Shown: positions 1-10,627, counted from the first letter of the stretch. The stretch: DNA of 64,000 nucleotides from a bacterium (GCA_015485355.1 WFTQ01000084.1:10104-74103), one strand, 5' to 3'. The notes: a model not told the origin generated them from the letters alone. Made by a program: numbers and translations.

Positions 1-447
1 GGGCGCCCCATCTTTCCGTAGCCCCATTAAACGAGAAAAAAGTCCGAAAATATTACAAAGAAGACGCCTTTATCTGGATCATTTTCTTCAATTTTCGTCG
101 GCTGGATCGCTTTCTGAAAACGCGCTTACTGCGGCGAAAATACAATTTCATTTTACCGGGAAAGATCAAGCGTTTCTAACAGCGGCTGAAAATCGGTGCA
201 CTTCTCAAAAGGGAATGGGGCCTGCCAGCGGAAGAGCGGGAAGGAGTTAAAATAACGCTTGGCACCGGGTGTGGTTTAAGGGAAGGGAAATGAATGGTTC
301 ACTCCAAGAGGCGGGAATAACCATTGGTCAAATTGCATTTTGGTCCGAAAACCCCTACATTTCGATGGGATATCAACAAGATCGGAGGGCAAAAACCGAT
401 GTGAATGCCCGCATCTCCCTGAAAGCAAAAGCATGCAGGAAGGTAAA

Positions 448-1731
448 ATGAGCCCTTTAAACGTTGTTGCCATCATTCTGGCAGGCGGCCAAGGAACCCG
501 ATTGTATCCTTTAACCAGACTGCGCTCTAAACCGGCGGTGCCCATCGCCGGTAAATTTCGTCTGATCGATATCCCGATCTCCAACTGCCTGCATTCCAAT
601 TTTCGGCAAATCTTCATCTGCACCCAATTCAGTGCCGAGTCGCTGCATCGGCACATCTTCCTTACATATCGATTTGACAATTTCACAAAAGACTTCATTA
701 CCATTCTTTCGGCTCAGCAAACCTTAGAGAATCGGGATTGGTATCAGGGCACCGCCGATGCCGTGCGGCAGAATTTACGTTTTATCCGACACTACGGAGA
801 GCAGGTGCTAATCTTATCCGGCGATCACCTCTACCGAATGAATTACCGAAAGTTGGTGGAATTTCATGTACAGAAGGGGGCCGATATCACCATATCGGTG
901 ATTCCGGTGGAGGCCTCCCGGGCCGGTCGATTCGGCATTATGAAGGTGGACGCCGAGGCCCGAATCATCGATTTCAGAGAAAAGCCCAGGGAGCATACGG
1001 TTTTAAAAACCATGGCCACTTCTCCCTCGATCCTCGGTCAATTCGGCATCCCGGCAAAGGGGCGAACCCATCTGGCGTCGATGGGGGTATACGTGTTCAA
1101 CAAGCCCGTGCTGTTTGCGTTGCTGGAAAACAGTGTCTTTGAGGATTTTGGAAGGGATGTCATCCCCCACGCCATTCGGCGGAATTCGGTTTATGCCTAT
1201 TTTTTCGACGACTACTGGGAAGACATCGGCACGATCAAATCGTTTTTTAAAGCCCACATGGATTTGGTCAATCCTTTACCCCGATTCCATTTTTACGATG
1301 AAGAACGCCCGATTTATACTCATCCACGCTTTCTGCCCGGTGCGAAATTGTTGGAGTCGGACGTTCAGCATAGCATCCTCTGCGACGGCAGCATCATCAA
1401 TCGATCGTATATCCGGCACTCCATCGTGGGCATACGCTCGGTGATCCGTGAAAACAGTGTGCTGGAGCGGGTGGTCATGATGGGAGCCGACTATTTCGAA
1501 ACCCCGGAACAAACGGCGGAAAACGTTGCGAAGGGCCGACCCTCCATCGGCGTGGGGAAGCATTGCCTCATCCGTAACGCGATCATCGACAAAAATGCCC
1601 GCATCGGAAACAACGTTCAGATCGTGAACAAGCGCCGGCTCGACAGTGAGGATCGGGAAAATTATGTGATTCGGGAAGGGATCATTGTCATCCCCAAAAA
1701 CGCGGTGATTCCCGACGGAACCATGATTTAG
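448..1731 (+). CDS. glgC: glucose-1-phosphate adenylyltransferase (ADP-glucose pyrophosphorylase)
   Basis: The ORF 340..1731 contains MSPLNVVAIILAGGQGTRLYPLTRLRSKPAVPIAGKFRLIDIPISNC, the classic GlgC N-terminal nucleotide-binding motif. The likely real start is the ATG at 448. The C-terminal left-handed beta-helix region is typical of GlgC. Confidence 0.85.
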   Translation: MSPLNVVAIILAGGQGTRLYPLTRLRSKPAVPIAGKFRLIDIPISNCLHSNFRQIFICTQFSAESLHRHIFLTYRFDNFTKDFITILSAQQTLENRDWYQGTADAVRQNLRFIRHYGEQVLILSGDHLYRMNYRKLVEFHVQKGADITISVIPVEASRAGRFGIMKVDAEARIIDFREKPREHTVLKTMATSPSILGQFGIPAKGRTHLASMGVYVFNKPVLFALLENSVFEDFGRDVIPHAIRRNSVYAYFFDDYWEDIGTIKSFFKAHMDLVNPLPRFHFYDEERPIYTHPRFLPGAKLLESDVQHSILCDGSIINRSYIRHSIVGIRSVIRENSVLERVVMMGADYFETPEQTAENVAKGRPSIGVGKHCLIRNAIIDKNARIGNNVQIVNKRRLDSEDRENYVIREGIIVIPKNAVIPDGTMI

Positions 1732-1830
1732 GCACCCGACGGTCACAATGGGGGAAGGATCACCCGGGACGGACCACCACAGCCGAGAGAATCTGTTTTC
1801 AAAGGGTCAGGCCATCGAGCGCGGGGGATT

Positions 1831-2307
1831 TCACTCCTCATTTTCAAACGAGGGTTTAACCAGTGGAAGTTTTCGGTTATTTGCATCGGCCCCGATCCCG
1901 AATTTGAGTACCAGTTCCCCCCCCAGGAAACCCGTCCGAAACAGAAAAATCAGTCCCAGCACGCTGACGGCGTAGTATGCCCACCGAAACGGCTTCGATT
2001 CCCTTATCGATACCGCCAATCCGTAACGGAACAGACACAACAACACAAAAGCAATCAGGGTCATTATGCCGGACCATTGATGTCGAGCAATGTTGTTTTC
2101 CAATCCCTGGGGTATTTCCAGGGCATTCCGGGCCAGCATGCCCGAGACCACCGCCGCCAGAGCCGCCAGGGTACCCGGAATTAAAAGCGACCGGCTTATT
2201 CGGCGGAATTTTTCTTTACCCGAAATCAGAAACAAAAAATCGCTGGTTACGGAAACCGCCAGCAGAGCGATAGTGAAATGAACCACCAGGGCATGTAAAT
2301 CGGGCAT
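1831..2307 (-). CDS. small integral membrane protein (DUF2231-like), hypothetical
   Basis: 158 aa with about four predicted TM helices (HFTIALLAVSVTSDFLFLI, GTLAALAAVVSGMLA, GIMTLIAFVLLCLF, AVSVLGLIFLFRTGFLGG). No catalytic motif is recognised. Confidence 0.45.
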   Translation of the reverse strand: MPDLHALVVHFTIALLAVSVTSDFLFLISGKEKFRRISRSLLIPGTLAALAAVVSGMLARNALEIPQGLENNIARHQWSGIMTLIAFVLLCLFRYGLAVSIRESKPFRWAYYAVSVLGLIFLFRTGFLGGELVLKFGIGADANNRKLPLVKPSFENEE

Positions 2308-2484
2308 TGGCTCGACTCCATTGATCTCGCAAAAGATGAATTTAGGTTATCGCACCGCCCAATTCAACCTCCTTTACGCAACCCTTCCGGCACGACGGCC
2401 CCACCTGCCGGGGTTCATTCCCTCTGGGAGGGACACATACCGGCGGTGCAGGAAGAGGTCCCCCCGGAGGGCCCATCACCCCCC

Positions 2485-4590
2485 TCAGGCAATATGCGCC
2501 ATGTGAAATCTATCGGCAAACTTTTTCAGGAATTGGCGACGAACCGAGGCATGTTCCGGCCGACGCAACTGGGGGTCCGTTTCCACCAAAGCAAAGGCGT
2601 CTTTCCGGGCTGCCTCGATGATCTTTCCATCGGTTACCAGGTCGGCATAGCGTAAATCGGGCATCCCGTGCTGGCGGGTTCCAAAAAACTCGCCACTGCC
2701 CCGAAGCCGCAGGTCTTCTTCGGCGATCTTGAACCCATCGGTGGTCGCCTCCATGGCCTGCATCCGTTGCCGGGCCACCTCGTTGATGTCCGAAGGCGTC
2801 ACCAGGATACAATACGACTGCCGGCGGCCCCGGCCCACCCGTCCACGCAATTGGTGCAATTGACTGAGACCGAAACGTTCCGCATGCTCGATGAGCATGA
2901 GAGTCGCATTGGGCACATCCACCCCTACCTCTATCACCGTAGTGCTGATCAGAATCTGAATCTCGCCCGCTTTGAACCGGTACATAATGGTTTCTTTTTC
3001 TTCCATTTTCAAGCGTCCATGCAGCAAGGCCAACCGGAATTCCGGAAACACCGCTTGCAAATGCTGAAAGGCTACGGTGGCCGCCTTCAAATCAATCTTT
3101 TCGGATTCTTCGATGATCGGGTAAACGATGTAGGCCTGCTCCCCCTGGCGGATTCGCTCCCGGATAAATTCATAAATTTGCGGCAACCGCTCTTCGGTGC
3201 GCCAGTAAGTTTTGACCGGCCGTCTACCCGGCGGCATCTCGTCGATGACGGAAACATCCAGGTCACCATACAGGGTAAGGGCCAGGGTCCGGGGAATAGG
3301 CGTCGCGGTCATGACCAATACGTGGGGACCCCCGCCCTTTTCAATCAATTCCGCTCGTTGCAACACGCCGAAGCGATGTTGTTCGTCGATCACCACCAAT
3401 CCCAATCGATGAAACTCCACCTGCTCCTGAATCAGGGCATGGGTTCCGATGATCAGATCGACCTCTCCCTTGCGAATGGCTTGTTGAACGGTGACCTTTT
3501 GGGAATGTTTCAGGCTGCCCATCAACAAACCCACGCGAATTTCAAACGAGGCCAGCAGTTCTTTCATCGATAAGTAATGCTGTTGGGCCAGAATTTCCGT
3601 AGGCGCCATCAAGGCGGCCTGATATCCCGCGGAAATGGCCATCACCATGGTGAGCAGGGCCACCACCGTTTTACCGGAGCCCACATCGCCCTGCAATAGT
3701 CGGTTCATGGGAGGACCCTTGGTTAGATCCTGATAAATTTCCCGCAACACTCGACGCTGGGCCCCGGTCAAAGTAAAGGGCAGCCTCTGGACCATTTTCT
3801 TCAACACCTCGTTTCGAATGGTTAAGCGAATACCCTGAGTCGGTGAGTGATCATGCCGCCGGCGCAACGCCATCAGCAACTCCCAATAGAACAACTCTTC
3901 ATATTTGAAACGGCGAAAGGCCTGTTGCAGCTGGGATTGGGATTCCGGAAAATGCATCTGCTGGTACGCCCGGGCCCGGGACAATAGACCGTATTTGCGG
4001 AGCAGAGGTTCCGGAAGCGTTTCCACTACGGCCGGTCCATAGCGTTCCAGCGCCAGATGCACCAACCGGCGTATACCGTAACTGCTGAATCCCACCTTGC
4101 GCAACGTTTCGTTCGAGGAATAAAGAGGAATAATCTGACCGGTGTGCAGGGGAGATTGCTTCTGGTCGATGATGTCGAAGTCCGGATGGATGATCTGCCA
4201 GTGTTTATAGCGGATAACTTTTCCGCTGAAGGCCACCGTCATTCCCACCCGAAAGATTCGGGAGAAAACCGTTATCTGATGGAACCAGACGCCTTCCAGA
4301 ATGCCGGTCTGGTCATAAATGCGCACCAGCAAGCGTTGCCGTCCTCGGCGCACCTGTTCGACCTGAATGACCTCCCCGGTAACCGTTACCTCCTCATCGG
4401 TTTTCAGCCGGGCGATAGGCACCACGTTGCTGCGGTCCAGATACCGACGAGGACGGTACTCCAGCAAATCTTCCACCGTCAAAACGCCCACCGTGGCCAG
4501 CGCTTGAGCTCGCTTTTCCCCGACCGTTTTGACAAACTGGATGGGAACATCTTCCACCCCTTCCCTGTTCCGAATGTTCTTCATAAACAA
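2485..4590 (-). CDS. recG: ATP-dependent DNA helicase RecG
   Basis: 701 aa. Walker A GDVGSGKT; helicase motifs (LMAPTEILAQQHY, DEQHRFGV, LVMTATPIPRTLALT); an N-terminal wedge/OB region; length and domain order typical of RecG. Confidence 0.9.
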   Translation of the reverse strand: MFMKNIRNREGVEDVPIQFVKTVGEKRAQALATVGVLTVEDLLEYRPRRYLDRSNVVPIARLKTDEEVTVTGEVIQVEQVRRGRQRLLVRIYDQTGILEGVWFHQITVFSRIFRVGMTVAFSGKVIRYKHWQIIHPDFDIIDQKQSPLHTGQIIPLYSSNETLRKVGFSSYGIRRLVHLALERYGPAVVETLPEPLLRKYGLLSRARAYQQMHFPESQSQLQQAFRRFKYEELFYWELLMALRRRHDHSPTQGIRLTIRNEVLKKMVQRLPFTLTGAQRRVLREIYQDLTKGPPMNRLLQGDVGSGKTVVALLTMVMAISAGYQAALMAPTEILAQQHYLSMKELLASFEIRVGLLMGSLKHSQKVTVQQAIRKGEVDLIIGTHALIQEQVEFHRLGLVVIDEQHRFGVLQRAELIEKGGGPHVLVMTATPIPRTLALTLYGDLDVSVIDEMPPGRRPVKTYWRTEERLPQIYEFIRERIRQGEQAYIVYPIIEESEKIDLKAATVAFQHLQAVFPEFRLALLHGRLKMEEKETIMYRFKAGEIQILISTTVIEVGVDVPNATLMLIEHAERFGLSQLHQLRGRVGRGRRQSYCILVTPSDINEVARQRMQAMEATTDGFKIAEEDLRLRGSGEFFGTRQHGMPDLRYADLVTDGKIIEAARKDAFALVETDPQLRRPEHASVRRQFLKKFADRFHMAHIA

Positions 4591-4923
4591 AATTTAAACG
4601 AGAACAGGGCAGGAATCCAAACGCTGACCGGGAAAAAATCGGGATCCTCAGAATGGCAAATACGCCCGAAGCGCCGCCGAGGCTTCATCGGTTATTCTGA
4701 AAACGGCCGGGCGCCCGACCGGAACACGAGGCCGGAGGGCGATATAAGCGGAGGCAGTCCACCCGAAAAGACGCTCTCTCGGGACATCGGCCCTGGAAGC
4801 ATCCTCCCGGTGTTGCTTCACTGCCATGGGTCGGGGGCAAGCAATCCTTTCCTGAGGAATGGGAACCGACAGCAGGGCGTAGAGGTCACAGACGGCGCAC
4901 TCAACCGGCCGGGAGGAGGCGGA

Positions 4924-5625
4924 TCAGAGGTTCTTCAACACCTTTTCCTCGGCTATTTTCCCATCCCATAAATGAATGACCCGATGCGCCCTTTCGGCGA
5001 ACATTTCGTTATGGGTAACAATCACAAACGTTTGATGGTATTTTTCGTTCAGGGAAAGGAGCAGATCAAACAAGGCCTCACTGTTGCGGCGATCCAGATC
5101 GCCGGTGGGTTCATCGGCAAGAACCAGTTTAGGCTGATTCATCAAAGCCCGGGCCACGGCGACCCGTTGTTGCTCCCCGCCGGAAAGCTGATTCGGGCGA
5201 TGATGCAGTCGGGCCCCCAAGCCCACCTCTTCCAGCAATTGAACCGCCCGGTGCCGTTCCTTCTTCCAGTCATTGCCTTTGATCATGCGGGGTATTAACA
5301 CATTCTCCAGAGCGGTGAACTCGGGAAGCAAATAATGAAACTGGAAAACAAAACCGATATGCATGTTTCGGAAACGGGCCAGGCTGAGGTCATCCAGCCG
5401 GGACATATCCTGCCCATCGATCCAGACTTTTCCTCTGGTGGGCTTATCCAGGGTACCGACGATGTTCAACAAGGTGCTTTTTCCCACGCCCGAGGGCCCC
5501 ATAATCACCACAATTTCCCCGGTCTTTACCGTCATAGAAATGCCTTTTAATACTTCGATCACTTCCGGCCCGGAGCGATAGGTTTTGACTAGGGCCTCGG
5601 TTTTCAGCAAATAGTCTGGATTCAC
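4924..5625 (-). CDS. lolD: lipoprotein-releasing system ATP-binding protein (LolD/MacB-type ABC ATPase)
   Basis: 233 aa ABC ATPase: Walker A GPSGVGKST, signature LSGGEQQRVAVARAL, Walker B LVLADEPTGDLD. Immediately downstream of an FtsX-family permease, as in lolCDE. Confidence 0.75.
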   Translation of the reverse strand: MNPDYLLKTEALVKTYRSGPEVIEVLKGISMTVKTGEIVVIMGPSGVGKSTLLNIVGTLDKPTRGKVWIDGQDMSRLDDLSLARFRNMHIGFVFQFHYLLPEFTALENVLIPRMIKGNDWKKERHRAVQLLEEVGLGARLHHRPNQLSGGEQQRVAVARALMNQPKLVLADEPTGDLDRRNSEALFDLLLSLNEKYHQTFVIVTHNEMFAERAHRVIHLWDGKIAEEKVLKNL

Positions 5626-5676
5626 AGGGGTTTCTCCTTTGTTGCGGGCATTCCCTTCAGCCCTGCCTCGCGTCTT

Positions 5677-6915
5677 CTACTCATAGCGAATGGCCTCCAC
5701 GGGTTCCAATCGCGACGCTTTATATGCCGGGTAAACCGCGGCGATCAGGCACAACAGCACCGCCGCTACGCCCACGGCGACAAAATCGGATACATGCATC
5801 TCTACCGGCAATTTGTTGATCAGATAAACATCCGGAGGAAGTTTGATGATCCCGAAGGTTTGCTGGGCATAGCCAATGGCATAACCGATGATGCTTCCCG
5901 CCGTGGTGCCCAGCAGGCCGACGATGATCCCTTCAAACAAAAAAATGCGCATGATTCCTCGGGACGTGGCCCCCATGCTTTTCAATATCCCGATTTCGCG
6001 GGTTTTTTCCATGACAATCATAATCAACGAGCTGATGATGTTAAAAGCCGCCACCATAATGATCAAACTGAGTACCACAAAGGCTCCCCATTTTTCAATG
6101 GTCATCCAGCTATACAGGCTACGGTTTAACTCGAACCAGGTGACCGCATGGAAGGGATAGCCCCCTACTTGTCGTTCAATCAGCGGGGCGATTTTCCCCG
6201 CCAGATTATAATCGTCCAGTTTGATTTCGATCCAGGTGACCGCATTGGGCATTCGGAAGAGGCGTTGGGCCGCCTCGATGGAGATGTAGGCCATCACTTT
6301 ATCGTACTCATAAAAGCCGATTTCGCTGATTCCGGTAACCACAAATTGCTGAAAACGAGGCGGGGTAAGCAAGCCGGCGTTCTCCGGGATGGTAAAGAGG
6401 GTTACCACCTCGCCTTCGCCGAAAATGTACAGATTTTCCGCCAGGTACCTGCCCAGAACGATCCCCGGCAACCGCCGACCGTTGACCTGGTGCCAATCCA
6501 GATCAAAGGCTCCCGCCACAATGCTACGGGGAACGGCACTCACGGTGCCCGCCGTTTCAGGATCCAGGGCCCGCACCACCACCGGTTGATTGCCTTCCTT
6601 GGATCGAATAACACCTTCTTTGGCAATCACCGGCGAGGCCCCGATAACATGGGACACCTGCTTGACCGAATCCACCAACGCCCGATAGTCCTGGATGCTC
6701 TGAGTATAAAATTTTCGAAGGCGAATATGGGCATCGGCATTGATCAGCCGGGTCCGTACTTCATTTTCAAACCCATTAAATGTGGACAGCACAATGTCCA
6801 GCGCCGCTACACCAATCATTACCCCAACGATGGATACATAGGTGATGATGGATATAAAACCCGTGCGTCGTTTGGCCCGGAAGTAGCGCAGCGCGATAAA
6901 GGTTTCGTATCGCAT
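5677..6915 (-). CDS. lipoprotein-releasing system permease (LolC/LolE, FtsX family)
   Basis: 412 aa with N-terminal TM (ISIITYVSIVGVMIGVAALDIVLS), a large periplasmic domain and three C-terminal TM helices; typical FtsX/MacB-type architecture. Cotranscribed with lolD. Confidence 0.75.
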   Translation of the reverse strand: MRYETFIALRYFRAKRRTGFISIITYVSIVGVMIGVAALDIVLSTFNGFENEVRTRLINADAHIRLRKFYTQSIQDYRALVDSVKQVSHVIGASPVIAKEGVIRSKEGNQPVVVRALDPETAGTVSAVPRSIVAGAFDLDWHQVNGRRLPGIVLGRYLAENLYIFGEGEVVTLFTIPENAGLLTPPRFQQFVVTGISEIGFYEYDKVMAYISIEAAQRLFRMPNAVTWIEIKLDDYNLAGKIAPLIERQVGGYPFHAVTWFELNRSLYSWMTIEKWGAFVVLSLIIMVAAFNIISSLIMIVMEKTREIGILKSMGATSRGIMRIFLFEGIIVGLLGTTAGSIIGYAIGYAQQTFGIIKLPPDVYLINKLPVEMHVSDFVAVGVAAVLLCLIAAVYPAYKASRLEPVEAIRYE

Positions 6916-7038
6916 AGGATCGGTCTCTTTTCCTGTTGATTTGAACGGTTCAATTCATTGTCGTATCCGCCGATTGGCGCCAAACGTTTTCAGTGTATTT
7001 CCGCCGTACCAGCGATTCGTGCCCCGCTTCCCGGAACG

Positions 7039-8535
7039 TTAGTGGGTTTTTTCCGGCCGCATGTGTGGGAAAAAGATGACATCCCGTATCGAGGGTTGAT
7101 CGGTCAATAGCATGGTCAGACGATCGATACCGATACCCAATCCGGCCGTCGGCGGCATACCGTATTCCAGGGCCCGTAAAAAGTCTTCATCCAGCACCTG
7201 AGCCTCTTCATCGCCCCGGGCCCGCAATTGCATCTGGGCCTCAAAACGCCGCCGTTGATCAAGGGGGTCATTCAATTCGCTAAAAGCATTCCCGATTTCT
7301 TTGCCGGCGATGATGGGTTCAAACCGCTCTACCAATCGGGGGTTTTCCCGGTGTTTTTTGGCCAAAGGCGACATTTCCAGCGGGTAATCGGTGATAAACG
7401 TGGGTTGAATCAGTTTGGGCTCTACCAATTCTCCGAATATTTCGTCGATGATTTTGCCACTTCCCCAACCATCTTCCACTGCAATGCCCAGGTCTTCCGC
7501 CACCCGGCGCAAGGTTGCCTCATCGGCCCCGGCAATGTCCACCCCTGCATGTTCCCGGATACTCTCAAACAGGGGCACCCGCCGCCATGGCGGGGCCAAA
7601 TCAATTTCCCGGCCCTGATAAGTGATCTTCATGGTTCCCAGGACTTCCTGCGCAATGGTACTGATCATTTCCTCGGTGAGCGCCATCATCCAGTGATAGT
7701 CCTGGTAAGCCACATACAATTCCATCTGAGTGAATTCGGGATTATGAAAACGATCCATCCCCTCGTTCCGAAAATCCTTAGCAAATTCGTACACGCCCTC
7801 GAATCCGCCCACAATCAGGCGCTTTAAATACAGCTCGTTGGCAATGCGCAAATACAGCTTCATGTCCAGGGCATTGTGATGGGTGATAAACGGTCGCGCC
7901 GACGCCCCTCCGTAGATCGGCTGCAGGATGGGCGTTTCCACCTCCAGGTATCCGCGTTTGTTCAAAAATTCCCGCATGGCGCTCATGATGCGAGAGCGCT
8001 TGATAAAGACCTCTTTGACTTCCGGATTAACGATTAAGTCCACATACCTCTGACGATATCGCAATTCCTTATCCGTAAAGGGATCGTACACCACGCGTCG
8101 GCCGTTCACCAGCTTTTCTTTAACGATAGGCAAAGGGCGCAGGGATTTGGTCAGCAATTCCAGGGTTTCCGCCAGAATGGTTATTTCTCCCGTGCGGGTT
8201 TTAAAAACCCTGCCCGCTACCCCCACAATGTCCCCAATGTCCAGCAGCTTATACACCTCGAAGGCGAAATCACCCACGGTATCCCTTTTCAAATAAATCT
8301 GAATCCGACCATCCATATCTTGAACATGAAAGAAAGCAGCTTTTCCCATTCGCCGATTGGACATGATGCGCCCGGCCACGGCCACCGTTTGATTCTGCAA
8401 TGCCTCAAAATTCTCCTGAACCTGGCGGGAGGTATGGGTGCGCTCAAATTTATATGGATAGGGATTGATCCCCATCTCCTGAAGTTTTTTCAGCTTTTTG
8501 CGCCGTTGCTGCATCAATTGATGAATCTCTTCCAC
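7039..8535 (-). CDS. lysS: lysine--tRNA ligase (class II)
   Basis: 498 aa. N-terminal OB anticodon-binding domain, class II motifs ([34 protein letters not shown]), and a C-terminus typical of LysS. Confidence 0.9.
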   Translation of the reverse strand: MEEIHQLMQQRRKKLKKLQEMGINPYPYKFERTHTSRQVQENFEALQNQTVAVAGRIMSNRRMGKAAFFHVQDMDGRIQIYLKRDTVGDFAFEVYKLLDIGDIVGVAGRVFKTRTGEITILAETLELLTKSLRPLPIVKEKLVNGRRVVYDPFTDKELRYRQRYVDLIVNPEVKEVFIKRSRIMSAMREFLNKRGYLEVETPILQPIYGGASARPFITHHNALDMKLYLRIANELYLKRLIVGGFEGVYEFAKDFRNEGMDRFHNPEFTQMELYVAYQDYHWMMALTEEMISTIAQEVLGTMKITYQGREIDLAPPWRRVPLFESIREHAGVDIAGADEATLRRVAEDLGIAVEDGWGSGKIIDEIFGELVEPKLIQPTFITDYPLEMSPLAKKHRENPRLVERFEPIIAGKEIGNAFSELNDPLDQRRRFEAQMQLRARGDEEAQVLDEDFLRALEYGMPPTAGLGIGIDRLTMLLTDQPSIRDVIFFPHMRPEKTH

Positions 8536-8892
8536 CTTCGATCTCCTCCATTATGGATTCGTAAATGAGTAAACTTACAGAAAAGGAAAAGGGTTTACAA
8601 GTAAAGTTGGAAATTCATGGATGTCCCCGTGCCGGGGACATTTCTCCGGCCTCAGGCGGCTCTCTGCTTCCGGTCCCGGGGGTCGATGCGACCTCCGGAG
8701 CGACGGATCCCTCGAAAGGCACCGCGATCGGCGCGCCGCCGCTCCCGTTTCACCAAATTCTTTGAGCGGGACAAGGGATGATATCAGAAATCGCTTTTTC
8801 GGTATTCTTATTTTCATTTTCATTTGAAAACCTATCCGAATTGCTCTAAATTTTCCGGCTCAAAAACAGAGAATTGACGAGAAAGGAAAACA

Positions 8893-9399
8893 ATGCCCTG
8901 GTATGCTTTATATACCCGGCCCCGTCACGAAAAGAAAGTGTACCAGCAACTGTGCGAGAAGGGCTTTCATGCCTTTTTACCCCTGGTCAAAAGATTGCGG
9001 CAATGGAAAGATCGAAAAAAGTGGGTAGAAATGCCCCTGTTTAACAGTTATGTATTTATCGACATCGATTTGCGAGACCGCCTGAACGCCCTGCAGACCC
9101 ATGGGGTGGTGCGGATGGTCAGCTTCGGCGGGGTACCCGCTGCTATCCCGGATTGGCAGATCGAACAATTGCGCCGGATCATCGAACATCCCGAAACGTT
9201 GCAGCCGGAACAGTATTTGAAAGAAGGCGATTGGGTGGAAGTGGTGGAAGGCCCCTTTCGTGGGATCAAAGGATATTTACGCGAACTGCGGGGAGAAACC
9301 CGGGTGGCCATTTTGATCGACGGTATCTACCAATCGGTCAGTTTCGTGGTGGACCGACGCTTTGTAAAAAAGATTTCCCCTCTCCTTCCCGAAGAATAA
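8893..9399 (+). CDS. UpxY-family NusG-like transcription antiterminator
   Basis: 168 aa beginning MPWYALYTRPRHEKKVYQQL, the hallmark WYAL-T-RHEKKV NGN-domain start of Bacteroidota UpxY/NusG paralogs. C-terminal KOW-like segment GDWVEVVEGPFRGIKGYL. Confidence 0.7.
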   Translation: MPWYALYTRPRHEKKVYQQLCEKGFHAFLPLVKRLRQWKDRKKWVEMPLFNSYVFIDIDLRDRLNALQTHGVVRMVSFGGVPAAIPDWQIEQLRRIIEHPETLQPEQYLKEGDWVEVVEGPFRGIKGYLRELRGETRVAILIDGIYQSVSFVVDRRFVKKISPLLPEE

Positions 9400-9404
9400 T
9401 CCCC

Positions 9405-10445
9405 TTAAAAGGCCGCGTAAACGGTCATTCGGGGGATAACGTCCGGTTTTAAACCCGCCGCCCCCAGGAATTCGCTGTACAAAATGCTTTCTACATTCGG
9501 CATCAGGTGAAAGTTTTTTATGATCCGATAATCCAGGCCTGCCAGAATCAATAACGCCGGGTTGTCCGGATTAAATGGAAGGTAGGCGATGCGATAGCCT
9601 GCGGGACTGGGATCAAAAAGGCGATCGAGCCTCAGAAACAATTTTTTAGAGGGCGATATGTCCCAGGCGGCAAAGGCGGAAACCATCTCCAGGGTCAGGA
9701 AATCCCGGCCGGGCCGTTGCCGCACCTGACGGGCCCATTGTAAGCCCACCCGAGCATGCGGCCAACGGTATCCCACAATGAGTTGTAGCGTCCACCGATC
9801 GTTCCTCCTCCCCCGAAGATCATCGTAATCGGCGTAAACTTCCACCAGAGGCCCGAATTCCGGATAGTAACCCAGTGCCAGCATGAATTTTTTTCCCAGA
9901 TTTTCCTCGCCGGCCACACCTTTTCCGTTCCCCACCATGACATGAAACTGGATAGGCAAACCCGGCAGACCGCCCCGAATCGCAATGCCCATATCCCGGG
10001 TGCTTCCCCATTGATGCAAGTCCAGGGGAGTCTTCTCCACGGGCCGATATCCCCACAAACGCTCAATCCAGACAAAGGTAGGCGTGGGAGCTATACCCAG
10101 ATACACCTCGGTGCCTTTGTAAACCCATTTTAAATACGCATCCTTGACATAGGGAACGGCGGCACCGGAAACAAATCCGTTCCGATAGGTATTCAACCCT
10201 CCCGGATGATTCATTTCCAGTCGAAAACGGAAAGCCCATTGAGGCGATAACACCCGATCGTAGGTAAAATAAATGCGCCGTATCCAGAATCCGTTCATCC
10301 GTTGCAAACCTGGTAGATGATGGTTGACGATCCAGAAATAATCGCCAAACACGAGGCCACTCAAACGGCCGGATGGCTGGCCAATTCCCGAAAAGGCCGG
10401 TGTCAGCAGCAACCAGCATCCTATCCACCAGAAACGATGCCGCAT
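9405..10445 (-). CDS. putative outer-membrane beta-barrel/porin, hypothetical
   Basis: 346 aa with signal peptide (MRHRFWWIGCWLLLTPAFSG), alternating aromatic/hydrophobic beta-strand pattern and C-terminal aromatic residue (...VYAAF), typical of OM beta-barrels. Proximity to pst operon suggests a phosphate-type porin, but this is not demonstrated. Confidence 0.4.
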   Translation of the reverse strand: MRHRFWWIGCWLLLTPAFSGIGQPSGRLSGLVFGDYFWIVNHHLPGLQRMNGFWIRRIYFTYDRVLSPQWAFRFRLEMNHPGGLNTYRNGFVSGAAVPYVKDAYLKWVYKGTEVYLGIAPTPTFVWIERLWGYRPVEKTPLDLHQWGSTRDMGIAIRGGLPGLPIQFHVMVGNGKGVAGEENLGKKFMLALGYYPEFGPLVEVYADYDDLRGRRNDRWTLQLIVGYRWPHARVGLQWARQVRQRPGRDFLTLEMVSAFAAWDISPSKKLFLRLDRLFDPSPAGYRIAYLPFNPDNPALLILAGLDYRIIKNFHLMPNVESILYSEFLGAAGLKPDVIPRMTVYAAF

Positions 10446-10459
10446 TCTTCCCCCGGAAC

Positions 10460-10627
10460 CTACTCCTTCAATCGTTTCTCATCCGATGGGTCCGATTTGA
10501 TTTCCTTTTGAAATTCCCGAATGCCCCGCCCCAGATTGCGGGCCAGGTCCGGTAACCGTTTGGCACCGAAAAACAACACCAGTACCAATAGGATAACCAA
10601 CAATTCAGGAAGGCCGATACCACCCAT
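10460..10627 (-). CDS. tatA: twin-arginine translocase subunit TatA/E (ORF absent from the supplied track because it is under 60 aa)
   Basis: Reverse-complement translation gives [55 protein letters not shown] (55 aa): an N-terminal TM helix followed by the conserved FG-x-KLP-xLxxxLG-xxxxxFKK amphipathic motif of TatA. SD-like AAGGGAG upstream. Confidence 0.75.
   Translation of the reverse strand: MGGIGLPELLVILLVLVLFFGAKRLPDLARNLGRGIREFQKEIKSDPSDEKRLKE

Noticed and set aside
2668-3573. 301-aa ORF antisense to recG, and 4057..4971 (304 aa) spanning the recG start and the lolD gap
   Set aside because: Antisense to conserved helicase motifs; no start context; composition atypical.
6148-6939. 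263-aa ORF antisense to lolE; also 7228..7827 antisense to lysS, 13714..14277 and 14347..14817 antisense to pstC, 28182..28895 antisense to the rSAM gene, 36067..36492 and 36844..37455 around the M16 peptidase
   Set aside because: All are shadow ORFs opposite confidently identified genes in a GC-rich genome.
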